A DNA stretch of 64,000 nt from Eledone cirrhosa (Eukaryota): assembly GCA_964016885.1 (NCBI GenBank), contig OZ024740.1, forward strand, positions 235,786,001-235,850,000, given 5' to 3'. The notes beneath the pieces were generated by a model. The model worked only from the letters and a program-made list of their open reading frames with translations, had not been told where the DNA came from and did not search any database. The position numbers were made by a program, and so were the translations under genes. Numbering within the stretch: the stretch's first letter is position 1; each line of letters begins with the position of its first letter. Positions 60,241 to 64,000 of this stretch are shown piece by piece.

Positions 60241-62562
60241 CACGTTTAAGATACATACTTCTTGACACAACTTAAAACACCTCAGCCAATCTTCCACACC
60301 ACTGTTTATTTTGAGAAAATTAAAAACATTCACAGTGTTTGAAATTCTCTGAGTCTGAGAAGCATTTGTTGTTGTTGGAAATATAGTTATTAATCTACAC
60401 ATTAATATCCTTATTTAGTATCTCTCATAGACACTTAACTCTGTAATAATTTAACAGAACTTGTCTAAAAGCTAGTTTGTTCATTCAAACGTTTATGGTA
60501 TCTGTGTATATAAATGGTTAACGCATAATTGTGAAAATTGACTGTATTAGAGTAAAACATTTAATTTTCAATGTAATGTAGTCATAGTGTTGTTTTGTAC
60601 TTTTCAAGAATGCTTCATTAAGGTAGTTTCATGTGGTACCAGATGTTGAGAGTTAAAGTGAAATAGATTTCTCTCTGTTGGTTATGATGATAACTATACA
60701 GTTGTTCAGTCAACTGGACTACCTGCTCATTGAATTGACATGTAGATGATTTAGATATCCACATTTGCCCTTAACATTACTCTCTAGTAGAAATCAGTGT
60801 GACACTGTCTGTGACAAGGCTGAACCTTTGAATTATAGGTACAATCCATTGGATAGGCTTCCACATAGTTTCACTCACAAGACATCAATTGACCTGACTA
60901 TGGTAAAAGACATTTGTCCAAGATGCTATGCACTATGGGTCAAACCCATAGCCCCTTTATTATAAAGTGAATTTCTTAACCATCAGCCAAACAACACACC
61001 CTTGATCTCTTTCCCAATTCCTGACCTCATTTTGACCCAGTCAAGAAAACATGACACTGCCCCTCCCTTTAAATATAAGCAGCAGACAACTAGAGCCTTC
61101 ACAATCGGTTCAGTTACTATGCCTTACTTTCACTGTGGAACTCACATGGTAAATGCACACCCCTAACTTAGCCAGGGCCAAATTGAATCTTTTTGCACCA
61201 GCAACAGGATATGAATCCCTTACATATCTGCAGGTTTTCAGGTACTCTACCCACCTGGCCACTTTACATAACGTGCAGTTGCCAGTAGAAAAGTAAAGAA
61301 AAATGTAATGAACAAAACAATATAAACAATAGAAGGGTATGTTTTAAAAGGCTGTGTATTTAATGAGAATATTTCAGTAAAGTTAATTGCATTACATAAT
61401 CATAATAACAACAATAATGACAATAATTATCATTGTTTCTCTCATATTATGTTTGTCTTAACCACTACAGAACACTACACAAACAAAGTTTTACAATGGT
61501 ATTATCATGATGTTCCACTTAACAAAACAAACTAAATGTTAGATTATGTTTGAAAGCGAGAGTCAGTCGACTCTCCTTAATTACAAAACTAATTTATTTT
61601 ATGATTGTCCAGAGATATGACCAGACATGAACTTGTAAGCCTCCCAATGATGCCTGCTGTCAGTGGTGAAAATCAAATTTTCACTCTTGTGCATATAGAT
61701 AACTACACCAAAGTTGCCACCATCACATGCAAAGCATCGCTCTCACCACTACGACTGCAGCTTTTGCTGCTGCTGCAAAAAGACTTTCAAAATCCCTGGT
61801 TATTGTTGAATAACATGAAGACGTATCATGGGAATATGGAAACAAGCAAATATCAATTTGCTTGTGTGTGATAACATGAAAAGAAGTGTTGGAATGATGT
61901 GACAGAGAGAAACTCTACCATTATCTCCTCAATAATTACAATTCACAATACTGCAATGAGAGTTTATAGATATATCTATCTCAATGGACAATACTGCTTT
62001 TATAATGCTCCTGCTTCTAACCTATTGATAGATAATCTTTTACTCTTTTAGTTGTTTAACTTATCGGACTGTAGTGGCCATGCTAGTCTAACATCTTCAA
62101 GAACGTTAGTCAATCATATCAACTCCAGTACTTATTTCAGTTTGACAGTGATTCTATCGATCTCTGTTTGTTGAACTACTAAGTTATGGAACCTAAAGGC
62201 ACACAGCATAAAATCATCCTGCTTCCCCCCTCCCATACACAAACACAAACACACACAAACAAATACACACACACACATAAATACACACACAACACACACA
62301 CACACACACACATACAAACACAAACACACGCAAGCTATTGTAGAAGTCACTTAATCAATGTCCTCTGATTGAGGATCAAACTAAGAACCACACAGTTCTC
62401 AAAAGAACTTCTTAACCACATGGTACCATTAATACCAACTTCATCTTCCGAATAAAATGCCATATAAAAAACAGTTTGGAGAAGAATTAACTAAAGTTCT
62501 TTTATGGAATGTAGTTCAAGGAAATCCAAATACATTGTCTTCAGCAAGACAACAGTTAATAA

Positions 62563-63205
62563 TAGTTTCTGATTTAGGCACAAGGCCAGCAATTTTGGGG
62601 GATGGGAAAGTCGAATAATTCGACGCCAGTGTATGACTAGTGCTTTCTTTTATTGACCCCGTAAGGATAGAAGGCAAAGCTAACCTCAGTGGTATTTGAA
62701 CTCAGAACATAAAGGGCTGTAACTATATGCTGTGAAGCATGTTGTCTGACATTCTACCGACACAGCCAATCCCCCAACATAATAATGATTTCTAGTATAG
62801 GCACAAGTTATTGGACCTAAAGGCACACAACATAAAATCACCCTGCTTCCCACTCCCACACAAACACACACACATAAATACACACACACAATTAAATCGA
62901 CCGCAATGCATTACTGGTACTTTTATCGAACCCGGAAGGATGGAAGGCAAAGCTAACCTCGGTGGGATTTGAACTCAGAACGTAAAGGGTTGCTGCAAAG
63001 CATGTTGTCCAATGCTCTACTGATACTTGTTTCTACTTTAGGCACAAGGCCAGCAATTACCCAGTGCATTACTGGTACTTTATTTTATCGACCCCGTAAG
63101 GATGAAAGGCAAAGTTAACCTCGGCGGGATTTGAACTCAGATCGTAAAGGGACATAACTATGCTTGAAAGCATGGCGTCCGACCCTCTACCGATACTGCC
63201 AATCC
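62563..63205 (-). mobile_element. Cluster of three Meta-core SINE copies, with the youngest nested at 63027-63205
   Basis: GACCCCGTAAGGAT..AAGGCAAAG.TAACCTC..ATTTGAACTCAGA occurs three times; CTACTGATACT flanks the youngest copy as a probable TSD. Confidence 0.85.
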
Positions 63206-63744
63206 CTACTGATACTGCCAGTTAATAATAAACATATTTTGAATTAAAATATCATAGAAGTCAGTGGTCAAAGACATTTTAGTTTTAGGTTTTTCTAAAC
63301 CAGAGTATTGTATCACTAATGTTCAGAATATGTGTCATTGGAAGGTGGAAATGGCAGGTAGTTTCCAGAGGGATATGTAGTTATGGGGAAGAAGGATTCA
63401 ATAAACAAGTTTTATATGCAGACTAGACAAGGAATGTAGAAGGTGAGGCTGGAAAGGTAGGTAGGTTAATTGCATGGGTTTAGATTGGGGCTGTAGAAAT
63501 TCAGAAAGATTAGAAAAACATAGATAGTTATAGTAGCAGTTTGGAGTTCACTGAATCTCTCACTGTATTCTAATGAGAGCTGATCTTGAATGGTTTATCT
63601 CACAGACAATACATGGAATATTTGTATATAGTAGTAGTAATATTTAGCAAGATATGGTCTTTCACCCATCTATTAGGGCATTTTTGTGTATAAAAAATAA
63701 CAAAATCAACATAAAATTAAAACAAAAGAAAATTCCTCAATATG

Positions 63745-63930
63745 GGGGTGACTTTCAGGGGTGACTTATGGAGATATACCACAAAAGGCCATGGCCATCC
63801 TGACTGGTAGCAAACGTGTTCCTTCTCAGTTGTCCTCCTCCAATCTGCAGGCATATATTCAGAGCAGGCCGGTTCACTCAGACAATAATTGCCACTCTCA
63901 CACACCTTTCAACAAAGTGACTGGAAGGTA
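63745..63930 (-). mobile_element. Tx1-like LINE 3' fragment related to 21060-21145
   Basis: TCAGA.CAGGCC...ACCTTTCAACAAA.TG..TGGAAGGTA shared with ~21070-21141. Confidence 0.5.
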
Positions 63931-64000
63931 ATAATGGTTTCTGATTTAGGTACATGGCCAACAATGTTTTGGGGGAGGCGGAAGTCAATTAAATCGACCC

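Noticed and set aside
61605-61871. 88-aa ORF in non-microsatellite sequence
   Set aside because: No recognisable motif or convincing splice sites; likely chance or an unrecognised repeat

Overview
This is eukaryotic, AT-rich, almost entirely repetitive DNA, most consistent with an octopus (coleoid cephalopod) intron or intergenic region. That assignment is inferred from Meta-domain and CORE-type tRNA SINEs, RTE LINEs with (GAT)n tails and massive (TA)n/(CA)n tracts. I found no credible host exon, rRNA, true tRNA or CRISPR array, and most listed ORFs are translations of microsatellites. Retroelements: fragments of Penelope-like elements (PLE), a CRE-like RLE retrotransposon, many RTE pieces (one with an open 466+ aa RT/PHD-finger frame), CR1 and Tx1 relics, and many SINEs. 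DNA transposons: two DD37D (maT) Tc1/mariner copies, a mariner relic, and Tc2, Tigger-like, piggyBac and Helentron-type non-autonomous elements. There are also hierarchical minisatellites (43 bp; 17>68>~2.1 kb; 102 bp). The most notable hidden layer is about ten short non-coding elements, mostly embedded in (TA)n. They carry minimal type I hammerhead-like cores (CTGANGA-stem II-GAAA) and occur as fold-back palindromes or terminally redundant monomers, consistent with PLE termini or retrozymes. One has a tRNA-like head and carries a captured SINE, and some show a GATA variant of the motif. All family assignments come from motif recognition by eye; no database searches were run.
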